A stretch of DNA of 64,000 nucleotides from Trichoplax sp. H2 (taxonomy: Eukaryota), in the NCBI GenBank assembly GCA_003344405.1, contig NOWV01000015.1:62001-126000 (forward strand), read 5' to 3'. The position numbers were made by a program, and so were the translations under genes. Below, piece by piece: positions 14,601 through 29,562 of this stretch; within the stretch, counting starts at the first letter, position 1, and each line of letters begins with the position of its first letter. The notes beneath the pieces are model-generated. The model saw only the letters and a program-made list of their open reading frames with translations, was not told where the DNA came from and searched no databases.

Positions 14601-15458
14601 GTAACCTAAATTTGTATTGCTATTTCGGATTACTTAGTAGCCATAATTGTAATTAATAGCTAATTCTCCATTTGCTAAAGGAGATTAATTTCTACTTGCT
14701 TTAAAATAAAGACCTAAACGCTTGCAAAAGCTGCTACTATTGTACAATGTTTAGTTCAAAGATTTCGTAATTTTGAATGCAATTAATCAAAATATTGCTG
14801 TTCACAGTTTGGCACATGGAGTTATAAGATTATAGAAATTTGAAACCTCAAATAGGTCCATGAAATTTTGACATATAGTACCTAATTGCTTCCTATTTCA
14901 TGGATTTTTATCTAAAAGGATCCTAGGTGCACGTGTGGCTGAATTAGAAAAGAAACTTAAAAATTTTGAAATGGCAGGGTCAATTGGTTTAGCAGGTTAG
15001 GTGATGATAAAAAGGTTAGATAAATATGAGATTGAAAATGATCTTTACTGAAGAAGCTTTAATCCACAATTTCAACAGATTGTTCATCTAGTATCGAAGA
15101 ACTAGAAAAACAACAAAAAATGCTACATCAGCGTCTAGCAAATGTAATTTCGATATTAGAACAACGACGCAAGCAACGGAAATACAGTGAAATGGAAAGT
15201 AACAGCATCAATCGAAGTTTTGATTATACAGTTATCGATTCAGAAGTTTGTTCTCCAGTTACTCTAAAACCCAGTACTAATGAAATTTGGGCAGAAAAAG
15301 ATAATTTCCGCTTTAATCCAAGTTTATTTGAATCTCAAGACGGTCACAATTGCAATCATGAAAACTCTAACGATCAATCTACAAATAGCCATAATCATCC
15401 TGACCAAGACTGTCAATCTAATGGCGATCATTCTTCAGTTGTGGAATCCAATTCCTAA
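5611..15458 (+). CDS. CCDC149: Coiled-coil domain-containing protein 149 orthologue, ~481 aa, 13 coding exons
   Basis: Exons 5611-5652, 10701-10817, 11711-11764, 12651-12731, 12975-13079, 13165-13290, 13404-13466, 13670-13779, 13877-13949, 14064-14163 (or -14169), 14279-14396, 14919-14995 and 15079-15458 are all GT-AG and in frame. Peptides 'E|YNICKQRLDSKVAALQILHRELASCQLERDLYK', 'RLNQELNY...IDELIVENRYLKERLKQ' and 'HQRRTNRILGARVAELEKKL' match CCDC149 blocks. Exon 1 assignment is less certain. Confidence 0.88.
7620..8085. repeat. Two-copy ~240 bp tandem duplication in CCDC149 intron 1
   Basis: TTGAAACGYTGGACTGGCTCC at ~7655 and ~7893. The downstream ACATTTARGCGATC and AATGAAA..GAACG.GAGAATAT blocks are also duplicated. 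Confidence 0.8.
8560..9480. repeat. Highly degenerate ~290 bp tandem repeat (3-4 units) in CCDC149 intron 1
   Basis: ATTTCA(C/T)AAATAAT(A/T)TC(T/C)GAAA at ~8586, 8861 and 9163. TTTAAATCTCCACTT at ~8644 and 8940. Confidence 0.6.
11825..12362. repeat. ~70 bp minisatellite, ~8 degenerate copies, in CCDC149 intron 3
   Basis: Unit ~GACTTCGATTAGCCCTTGTYRCAAAATAAATTTCACTCCTATAACGATRCTATTGCYCTRCAGRAATGAAA starts at ~11843, 11914, 11985, 12055, 12126, 12189, 12260 and 12329. Confidence 0.9.
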
Positions 15459-17223
15459 CAAATACTATTATGGTAATACTGTATCATATCAGCTTAGATT
15501 GTATATATTAGAGTAATCCAAAAATATCTAGAATCTCAGAGGAATAAAATTATCAATTTTACAATAATTAAAATCTAACTAAAATACCAGAATCACATCG
15601 TAATCTCTCGTTTATCTTATCATGCTTACGATTGCTTCGTTGTTGATTATATAATAATCTTAAATCAATCCAGGAAATAACTTCATCACGTTAATAATTT
15701 AACTGTAATTACATCATTATAATTGTGTATAGCAGTGGATCTGCCTATACTAGAACAAGATAAAATGAAGTAAGAAATCCCAATATCAATAATAAAATTA
15801 GCCACCTCGATTGCTAAAAAATCTGATCACATTTCTGTTATCTTATCCGTGACGAGCGATGTTGCTTTAGCAGTGTAATTCGGTAAAATTATTGTGCTAT
15901 CCGGAATTTCATTCGGGTTGTTCAATTACTATAAAGAGTTCCCTTTTGTGATACAGCAGTATTAAAATGATGTACATGGATCATGACAATTAGATCATAA
16001 AAAGTATAGGCCTAACCTTACTTACTTAGCTTATTTTGTATTTGAACTATTTAGTTCTTTCGTGATATAGCCGAGAATAACTTAGTAACTAGTTTAGTAT
16101 TGCGTAGTTTATAATAAAATTGGCATCATTTTTATTCTATTTAAACCGTTTAAATTCGCTGTTCTTATACATCAGCTGAAAGAGTACACTACCTGATCGA
16201 ATCTATCGCATAATTCGAAAAAGGAAGAGTTTAAATCTGAAAATTTCCATGATCCATGGAACTGGTTATAACTATTATTATAGTATACGCGTACTTTGTT
16301 ATTTCAGCTTAATGACCCAGTTGACAGGAGCTATAGTTGGAAAATACATAGAGGCATACGCAATGTTTAATGTATACGCTGTTCTTCTCAACTAGTGTAG
16401 GTGCGAGTTTGGTGTTATACTTGCATAATTGTTTTCACACAAGAGTTACAACACTGGGTTTTACTTCATGCTAGACAACAGAAATCGAAATCATCTAACC
16501 ACGAGAACAACAGTAAGCTATGTATATGAAGCAGTGGTTTAACGTAATATTTTAATCGTTACTTCTAGCCACACTATAGCGTCAATACTAGTAATAGTAA
16601 TTACTGTAGGCAATGGAATCATACGCATAACTGAATATAAAGTAGATTGAAAGTCGAATACGTGATAATTCGATACGATTAAAAACAAGAATATAGCAAT
16701 AACAATCACATCGAAGTAGGTAAGCGAAAGAAATTCTATTCAAATTTATTATCGGTAAAAATTATTACCTTATACAACAACTATAAAAGCACATTAACAC
16801 ATTATATTCTCCGGTGATTTAGGGCTAATCACCAATTCCGCGATCAAAACTTTCATATATTAGTTGTTTTTGTAAATTTTAAACTACTGAATACAAGCAT
16901 TTTCTTATGTCTTACTTGGTTAAGAAATGAAAAGCCTTCATAGAAACTTGGATAACAAGTTTTATCTCTCTACGTAAAGTAATAGTAGTTATGATAATCA
17001 TGTGCCATCTTCTAGTAAAAGCACTTACTACTTATAGTGGTATAACACAAGACATATTTGACGAATAGTAGTATACCAAAGATAATTTAATAAACCTCTG
17101 ATACTGCGCGCTTCATAGGCAAATGTTAATCATTCATGTTAAAATACAGCTGATTGTTTCGAAATGTAACATAACTGTTAGCAGGAAGGAAATTCCTGTA
17201 AAACCCTATCACTTTCCTCGTTT

Positions 17224-21058
<3,835 letters not shown>

Positions 21059-21169
21059 TTTGCAGCTTGAGATTTTTCTGGCAAGATTAGCAGGACGTCT
21101 TCTACTTTGCTAAAGCCACCGACAACGGGAAGCGTAAAGAGAATCGCAGTCTGGTCAGCTTAACAAGTA

Positions 21170-22610
21170 CCTAAGTACAGTGCAATGTCTACGGTACTGT
21201 GCACTCTACAGTCCTGTAGCGTACTGTACGGTACAATACGACTCAGTCTGGATGGCATACAGACCAGTCAAAAGTCGCCCTGATTCAGGCATGACGCAAG
21301 TACTGTCAAAAGAGTCATACTGTACTGTATACGCATGGTCATGTGATAGTCATTCAAGGCGTGAGCAAGTTTCAGTACAGACAGTACAGTGTACCATACT
21401 GTCATCATCTGATGGTACTATTAGCAGAGATTGCCATCCGCTGTAGTCACTTCTCACTGCAGAAAACTTGTCTTGATGCTGTACAGTGTACAGTGTACAC
21501 TGAGTCACTGAGTACAGTACAGTAGTCCCAAATGGTACTGTACTGGATTGATTGTACTGTAGTCACTCCTCACTGCAGAGAACTTGTCTTGATGCTGTAC
21601 AGTGTACAGTACAGTAGTCCAAAGATGGTACTGTACTGGGTTGTACAGTACAATGTACCGTACTGTACACTGTTCTTACTACAGTACTGTACAGTGTACA
21701 GTACCAATACTGTCATCATCCATCCATTCATACTATTGGAAGAGATTGCCATTCGCTGCAGTCACTCCTCTCACTGCAGAGAACTTGTCTTGATGCTGTA
21801 CAGTGTACAGTGTACAGTACACTGAGTCACTGAGTACTGTACAGTACAGTACAGTAGTCCCAAATGGTACTGTACTGGATTGATTGTACTGTAGTCACTC
21901 CTCACTGCAGAGAACTTGTGTTGATGCTGTACAGTGTACAGTACAGTAGTCCAAAGATGGTACTGTACTGGGTTGTACAATGTACCGTACAGCTGTACAG
22001 TACAGTACACTGTTCTTACTACAGTACTGTACACTGTGTACAGTGTACAGTACCAATACTGTCATCATCCATTCATACTATTGGAAGAGATTGCCATTCG
22101 CTGCAGTCACTCCTCTCACTGCAGAGAACTTGTCTTGATGCTGTACAGTGTACAGTACAGTAGTCTAAAGATGGTACTGTACTGGATTGTACTGTACACT
22201 GTGCTATACTACAGTATACAGTACTGTACTGTAAATGAACAGTACAGTACATTCTAGTACAGACTGTACAGTACAGTGTACTGTACAGTACCATACTGTA
22301 CTGTCTCAGTGAGTCCTCACTGCTGAGAACTTGATGCTATACAGTACAGTGTACAGTACAGTACAGTACAGTATAATAAATAAAATCAGGCGGAACGCTA
22401 GGCAACATTACAGTACAGTATACCGACTGTACTGTATAGCTGACTCACTACTCTCACTGCTAAGAACTTGTCTTGATGCTGTACAGTGTACAGTGTACAG
22501 TACAGTAGTCCCCAAATTGTACTGTACATTCTCGTACAGACTGACTACAGTACAGTATATTGTATTACTGTACAGTGTACAGTACTATACAGTGTAGACT
22601 ACAGTATAAA
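21170..22610. repeat. Hierarchical GTAC/CAGTA-rich satellite in the ATP6V1B / phosphoesterase bidirectional intergenic region
   Basis: Sub-unit CACTGCAGAGAACTTGTCTTGATGCTGTACAGTGTACAGT at ~21455, 21571, 21773, 21903, 22117, 22318 and 22455. Higher-order ~310-350 bp unit (GAGATTGCCAT.CGCTG) at ~21427, 21742 and 22087. Embedded (TACAG)n microrepeats. Confidence 0.92.
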
Positions 22611-23196
22611 TCACGGAAAATCATGGTGAAATCAGGCGGAACGTACGGTACGCAACACGATACCGTGACTGAGATTGAAGAAGGACCATACGGTACCAAA
22701 CGTACCGTGCCACTATGGCCTCTTCTCCAATGTTGCATATCAAAATGGTTTTGTGGGCGTGTGGACGCTTTTGCTTCAGCAGTACACTACTGTGACTGCA
22801 ATTTGTAGCCGGCTGGCCGGAGCCCACTGCCCGGTACCGGGGGTATCATGGCCGCTGCGCAGTGTGTACCATAGGATTGTATGCAGCACTGATGTGTACT
22901 GTAAAACTCTACTCAACCCTAACATTAGCAGTCTACTGACTGTATCGATTCAAACCGTGGTTGTGGCCTGTCAATTCATTTCATTTCTGCTAGGTCAACT
23001 GGCTAACTTCGACTTGGATTTGAAAGGGTATATGGCTCCACTTTCAACAACACAGGATACATCTATCGTTGCCAAGTTATCGATACCTACCATACACAGT
23101 TGATTGCAATTGCTGCTTATGTTGTATAATCTATGTCGAGCAGGTAGCCTTAGTTGCAAGCATTTAAGCTATTGTACTAAACCTGTCGTTGCAACG

Positions 23197-24444
23197 ATGA
23201 GCAGAATATTTGCCATTTCTGATCTCCATGTCGATTACGGCCAAAATTGGGCTGTTGTCAATGACTGGTCAGATACGGACTACAACAACGATGTGTTAAT
23301 ACTTGCTGGAGATGTCACTGATTCTTTGGAACTATTAAAATCCACTCTCATCCTTCTTCGTCAAAAGTTTGCCCAAGTTTGCTTTGTTCCCGGTAATGTA
23401 CACTTACTAGGATAGCTCACGTTGCCCAATTCGCTGCTTGCCAGTGCTATGATGCAACCATCCACATATTAACAAACCATGGACTCTTCATGTTATCAAT
23501 CCAAACATCATCTTATAAATTAAATGCACTGTAGTTACAAGTCATAACATTAAAATTACTCTCATACTGAAAGAACGAGCAGTTCCACAGTGATATACGT
23601 CTCTCCATGTAGGCAACAAAATAGATTTAAAATGTTGGATCGTTATCATGAATGAACTCTACCTAACAAATCACTTTCATCCAATTGCTCAACTCTTCTA
23701 GGCAATCATGACGTGTGGGTCAGAAAGCACCGAGATGGCGATACCAACTCTATAGCAAAGTTCGGGCAGATCTTGAATTTGTGTCAAAGAATTGGCATTA
23801 AGACAAAGCCAACTTGTGTCTCGTGTATTGACAACTCCAAAGTCTGGCTAGTGCCGATCTACTCTTGGTATACTCAACCAGAAGAAGATGAAATAGATTC
23901 TTTATATTTTCCCTCCTCAATTGAAAGTCGACGAATGTCACGAGAAATTTGGTCGGATAATTATAACTGCAAATGGCCTGATGGTATGCTAACTACCATT
24001 TCCGAGCACTTTGCGGACTTAAATGATGACTTCATCACCGATGATTACGACGCACCTGTAATCACTTTCAGTCATTTTTTGCCAAGGCAAGAGTTGATCG
24101 CGTCGTCTCACGATGACGATGTTGCCGTTAGTACTGAGAGAGAATTTCTTGGACTTCCTAAGCTAGATTACGCAAAGAGGCAAGGTGCTCTAGCAGGTTT
24201 TAATTTCAGCATTTATGCTGGCAGTAAATATATTGATAAGCAATTGCGTCAATGTAAATCTGTACTACATGTTTTCGGCCACCAGCACCGAAATCGCGAT
24301 CGAGTCATAGACAATGTACGATATGTATCTCATTGCCTTGGTTATCATAAAGAAAGGCAGGATGGATTACTTTGGGGATTGCGGCAATGGCAGAATGGTC
24401 CAAAAATGATCTGGCCAGTTCCTACTAAAGATGAAGCGAAGTAA
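23197..24444 (+). CDS. Calcineurin-like metallophosphoesterase (resembles the PptH/ACP-phosphodiesterase-like group), ~312 aa, 2 exons
   Basis: Exons 23197-23392 and 23702-24444 join in frame (VPG|NHDVW). All five metallophosphoesterase motifs are present: ISDLH, AGD, GNHD, FSH, GHQH. An upstream in-frame ATG at 23119 could add 26 aa. Confidence 0.9.
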
Positions 24445-27400
24445 ATTTTGTAAATGGCAATTAGTGTATTAATCTGTGCGTGGAAATGGTGATTATTGCA
24501 TAGATTCTTGTAACGCCCGTCCAATGCAGGTTTACTTTTGGAGATGTTATCAATCGATAAGATACACTGTTACGTGCAGTATATTTCCGTAATATTAATC
24601 GCTTTCGATATACCAGAAAGAAAACTCTTAAAAGAGTCTCTACTAGTCTACTGTTGGTCTACAAAGTATTTTGATATAATTTATGAGGAAGCGAAAGACT
24701 ACAGATGCACAGTTAGGAAATGCGCTTCCACGATGTAGCCAAAAATTCATGCGTACACCTAGTGATGGCAAAAATGCTAATGAATATCAATCTGTTGGTC
24801 GTTCAATCATGTGACGTCGAAACTTTACTTGTGGAAGCCTATCTTTGCATCGTTCTATTCTATGCTGGGGAATGTTGCAATAGATATCGAATAGCTTATT
24901 TTGTATCTGTGCTGACCTTCGATCTAAGCCTTTATAATCGATTTCCAATGATTAAAATTCTAAATTCTATCCTTGTTTCATAACTTTTCCAGCTAATCAA
25001 AGTCACCGCTAGCGAAAATGTAGATGTGCCGTACATCATCAATTCCGAGGCCGAGAGTACAACGCTAAAAACTATTAGCAGACTAACAGTATCCGTTTTT
25101 TACTTATTTATCTATAGCAATTCTCGCGAATTACACTTTTGACTACATAAACTTTACATAACGTAAAAATTGATTCCATACAGAATTACTAAATAATGCC
25201 TATAGATAAAACCTTCTTTCTTTGGTACGTTACCACTCATAATATAACTGATTATTAATGATTATAATCGAGCAGCTTTATGATTTCTCATTTAACTAAA
25301 ATTGCATCAGATTTTGGCCGAAATAGGCATTACTACTATTCGATTTGAAATTTAATTGCTATAATAACTAATTTGATGGCGAGGATGTCAGCCTCAGTCA
25401 TCTCCAATGCAAGTCTTTCGGTCCTCACCGCTGTGAATGACCGAATGGGATTGAATATTGAACACTACTCGTGTTCGTGTATCTGTAAAATTACGTAAAC
25501 TGCGAAAGAAAAGTACGTATATAAACAGATAGGTTCCATATCAATTTGTACCATCCAAGCGGCTGATTTATTATTGTATTCAAGTTGATCCTGTAGCAGA
25601 TAGACACTGCTGATTATTACAACCTTGTAGTACATATTTTGCTGTGTTTATCCAATTAGCCTCTAAATTACAGCGATGAACGCTAGAAATGGAGTAGTTT
25701 TACGTGCATGAGAGTGTACAGCTTGTTGGTCTCGCAAGTCCTTTGTGAGATACATCGTTCATGTGTAAAAAAAAAAGCAATGAATGAAACGACATGATAA
25801 GATTGTAAATATTTTCAGTTTTATAACGTCTTCGAAACTACTGATCGGTATCCTAAACTGTTTATCCATTCGATACCCTTGTTGACTTCGATATACTGTA
25901 ACATATTCTGTGTAATAATTCCATCATTCCCTTGAATTCTCTTGCATTGGAGATTGAATCATTCATTTTACAGCGACTTTAGTGCAATCCAAAAAGCTCT
26001 ACTGGGGGTGATTTTTGTTGTTAATATTAAAAATACTGTAGTAAACTACTTCCACCAAGCAGTCCAACCCCTATATGATGAGAGAATGAAATTCCTAAGT
26101 TGATGATTTGTAGATTTGCTGTCAACAAAAAAACATAAACAGTTTTGAAAGTTCAATGTTTTACAGCTCGTATTATTAAATCAATACCTGCAAAAGAGGA
26201 GAATGATCATAAGGTTTTACTTAGCAAGACTGAGATAAAGTAAATACATGGCATAGTAAACACGTGCATTGCACAGGAGTGGACAGGTGACAAACATCAA
26301 ATACTAAATTAAATGGGCCATGAGTCATCAGCTTCGGTCGGCTGTGCTATTATGTTAATAGTGCTGGACTGTTCCTGGAAACATGCAGTAAAATAACAGA
26401 ATTAATGATAGAATTGGCCAAATACACAATAAGCACATGCTATCCATTGGCGATAAAGTGTACGTTTTTATGCGGTAATCGTTTCTATTGATGGTGCAAC
26501 GCGTTCTATTCCAAGCTTTTGCAAATGTTACCCTTGAAAGTGAAACTATCAGACCCAGAATCGGGCTTTGAAGTACTTATGCCATCGGACACGGTAGATT
26601 GCCATGGATAACGCTCACGCATACTGTCTGTCGACTACAATGCGGATTTATGAGTCATCATAACACTGTTGTATAGACTTAATTTAATGCTTAGTACCGT
26701 CATTTGGTATCATGATATGACTCTCATACTGTACAAATAGAAAATGGCGTTATTTTTAGCGACAGTATGTATATTAATATTATCCCATATTATTATTCAA
26801 CGTGATGATATACTTTAGTTCCGTATTTGCTTCGGAGCGATGATCAGCATGCCAGCGCACGGTTTGCGGGCAACACCCGGTCTGATCAGGTCGTTGAAGT
26901 TGGTCAATCATTGTAAAATGGAAATGTAAACATTGAAAACGTTGATGCCGCCTATCCCTTTAAACAGTTCCACACTAGTCCACACTGCACAAACAAGACT
27001 CCATCGACCTGTCTATAGAAACAGTAAAGTATCCTGTATGATTACACTATTTATTTGTCCATGATTATATAAATGCATATAGTATGTGAAAGATACAAAA
27101 ATAGAATATTTCAACCTAGTCGATTTCATTGGTTTTTCTATCTTCTCCGTACTAACTGTAAATCAAGAATGGTTGAAGCCATAGAAATACTGATTTGGAA
27201 ATTACTAACAGCAAATATAGTTCCTGTAAACAAGTCCTTATGTGAGAATGTAACGTTTACTATATGATGTACAGTCCTACACTACTCGATATGCATAAAT
27301 AAAAAAATAAATGATTTGTCTCTACGAGATGTTTCACATTTAGTGATCAGATCTAAAATTTACAAAACACAGGCTGTACCATGGGCTACTCGCTGCTTTC

Positions 27401-28799
27401 AGTAATCCATGACTGTATAGAATCATTATGCACAGTAGAGTAAAATTGAGGACACTTACATTTACACCACGGTAATTGTTTATGTGTTGATTATCCACTG
27501 TACATTAAAGTTTTCTGGCTCTACGCGTAATCGGATGGAGGGGGAGGGGGAAATCACTATCTACAACGTATACAAGTGACGATTTTTAGTTTCTGGTATA
27601 CCGACTATATCAGAGAGTGAGTTCCATGCTACAACCGTGCGTAGCTAGCAATTATACCTCAAAAAACGATCCTATTGCCGCATACATGCTAGCTTTACAT
27701 AACAACTATTTCTACAAAATTTACTTGTACATTTTCTTTTTGAAATCAATTTCAATTTTATTTTATTTGGTACAAGTAAATGGCATATTATCCTATTTTA
27801 ATATTGGTATTATCATTGGGCAAATGACTTCATCGATTAATTAATTAAGAAGGTACACTATACTTTGGAATTTCGGAGCTTAGCATAAATAATACTAATC
27901 ATTATCATTTGCAGATAGTAATTTAATAAAGAAGTACAGTGATTTACGTTGATCATCGTTGATAGGCGTGTATAAGACTGTATCAAGAGTTGATCGTTTC
28001 ATTGTACTGAGATTGATTAGCAATGACACTAAACAGTAATTGATATCAGTTTCAAGGTTTACGGGCAAAATTTCAGAGTAGATCCTACGCGAGAATGAAT
28101 CGATTATCAGGAATGATAGCAGACTAGAATTCTTTACTCATACGATGTTAAGACGTTAAGCTGAATGTCTTTGAACTAAAATGTGAGCTGATTGCAGGAA
28201 CAGTTTTCTTCCTGGTTATCGGTGTATTTAGAGTAGGTGGTAGTGATCCTTATGATAATAATTCTACACAGTACAGTGTCTATTTATTATTATGATGATG
28301 ATCCTGCTGTACTGTAGTAGGCACGTTGCTACTGTTGGTCCATTACTCATCACCGTATTTGGATAATGGCTGCATGTAACCTTAAGATACGAATAAAACC
28401 TGGCTCTTGACCGATTTTGTGAAATCCGTAGTATGGTCAACAGACGTTTCGAAGACACCCGAGTCCCTATCATCAGAGTCTGCCTCTTTTCTATTCGCTC
28501 TATTTATTATTTTATCAATCAACAATTAGTACTGTACGGTGTTGTACTCCTTTGACAATATCATCTATCGTCTTGGATCATTTCATAACAATCCTAGCCA
28601 GCGATCACACACAGAAAAAAAATACGTAAGCATCATCATCGGAAAGCCATCCATTCTGCCAACAGTTTCTCCTAGAGTACAGTAAAGTAGCAGAGTGGTA
28701 AGGCAATATTGAAGTTGCGCCATTTCGGAACGTCATGGATGTTGTCCATCTTGTGGGTGTGACACACTCTGCACACTTCAAACTAGTAAAAGCAAATGA

Positions 28800-29300
28800 T
28801 GCTGAGTGAGTGTGAGTCGCAGCACGAGAATACAGTACACTGTACTGTACGATACAGTACTGTACTGTAGGTATTTCATCATGCCATTGGATGCTTTTCA
28901 AAGTCACGGTCGAACGACGACAGACTGCCTGGTCAGTACATCACATTGAATCATCTCACTGACGTGTCGCCTTAACCGCGACCCGGACGTCTTGTTAATG
29001 AGCACATGAATCAATCGTAAACAACAACAAGCTTGCTCATGCCCCAAAAAAAAAGACCGAGTGTGGGTGTAGACTGGACAGAACTGTATACTGCCCACTG
29101 AACGTCTATTTTGCAGTCCATTCAGCGCCATACAACAAATACAACAGTGTCCTGGACGTCGACTTGGTGTCTGTACGTCATTTGACCACGTGTACCTTTT
29201 CCCGGTTGTGTGACATCAACAAGGTGTGAAGTGATTGGTGGAAAGAACAGAGGTATCTTGATAAGTACCAATCGCATAATGGAGCTAGCTCATCACGTGG
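28800..29300 (+). promoter_or_regulatory. Putative Mad promoter/5' region with a CAGTA tract and two canonical E-boxes
   Basis: TACAGTAC tract at 28830-28870. CACGTG at 29187-29192 and 29294-29299. Locally GC-richer. A likely 5'UTR intron acceptor (T10-AG) ends at 29502. Confidence 0.5.
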
Positions 29301-29562
29301 ACCGTATTCAAAATACATGGAAAACAACATGCCTTATCATGTTTTGGTAGAACATTGGGTAATAATAGAAAAATTTTCTGCAGGGTATTACATTAGACAT
29401 CGTATACATTAGTGCGCTGTATTGTATTGTGTCATTTCAGTCAAGTTCAATTACAAGAGAGGATCAGTGGAAGTGGAATAATCATTTATTATTTTTTTTT
29501 AGTTGAAATCGATTGCATCCTTTTGACTCTATTTTTACTCCATCAACCTTATCGTTGAGCCA

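Noticed and set aside
21425-22500. CRISPR-like recurrence of a ~35 bp conserved unit
   Set aside because: The intervening sequences are themselves repeats rather than unique spacers, there are no cas genes, and the context is eukaryotic.
21180-22830. Cluster of overlapping Tyr/Cys/Thr/Val-rich ORFs on both strands
   Set aside because: Artefact of the stop-poor CAGTA/GTAC satellite; no protein-like features.
22675-23415. ORF 22675-23103 in frame with the phosphoesterase across a single TGA (selenocysteine or readthrough?)
   Set aside because: The upstream ORF starts at a non-ATG codon and looks non-coding, the domain begins cleanly at MSRIFAISDLH, and I found no canonical SECIS.
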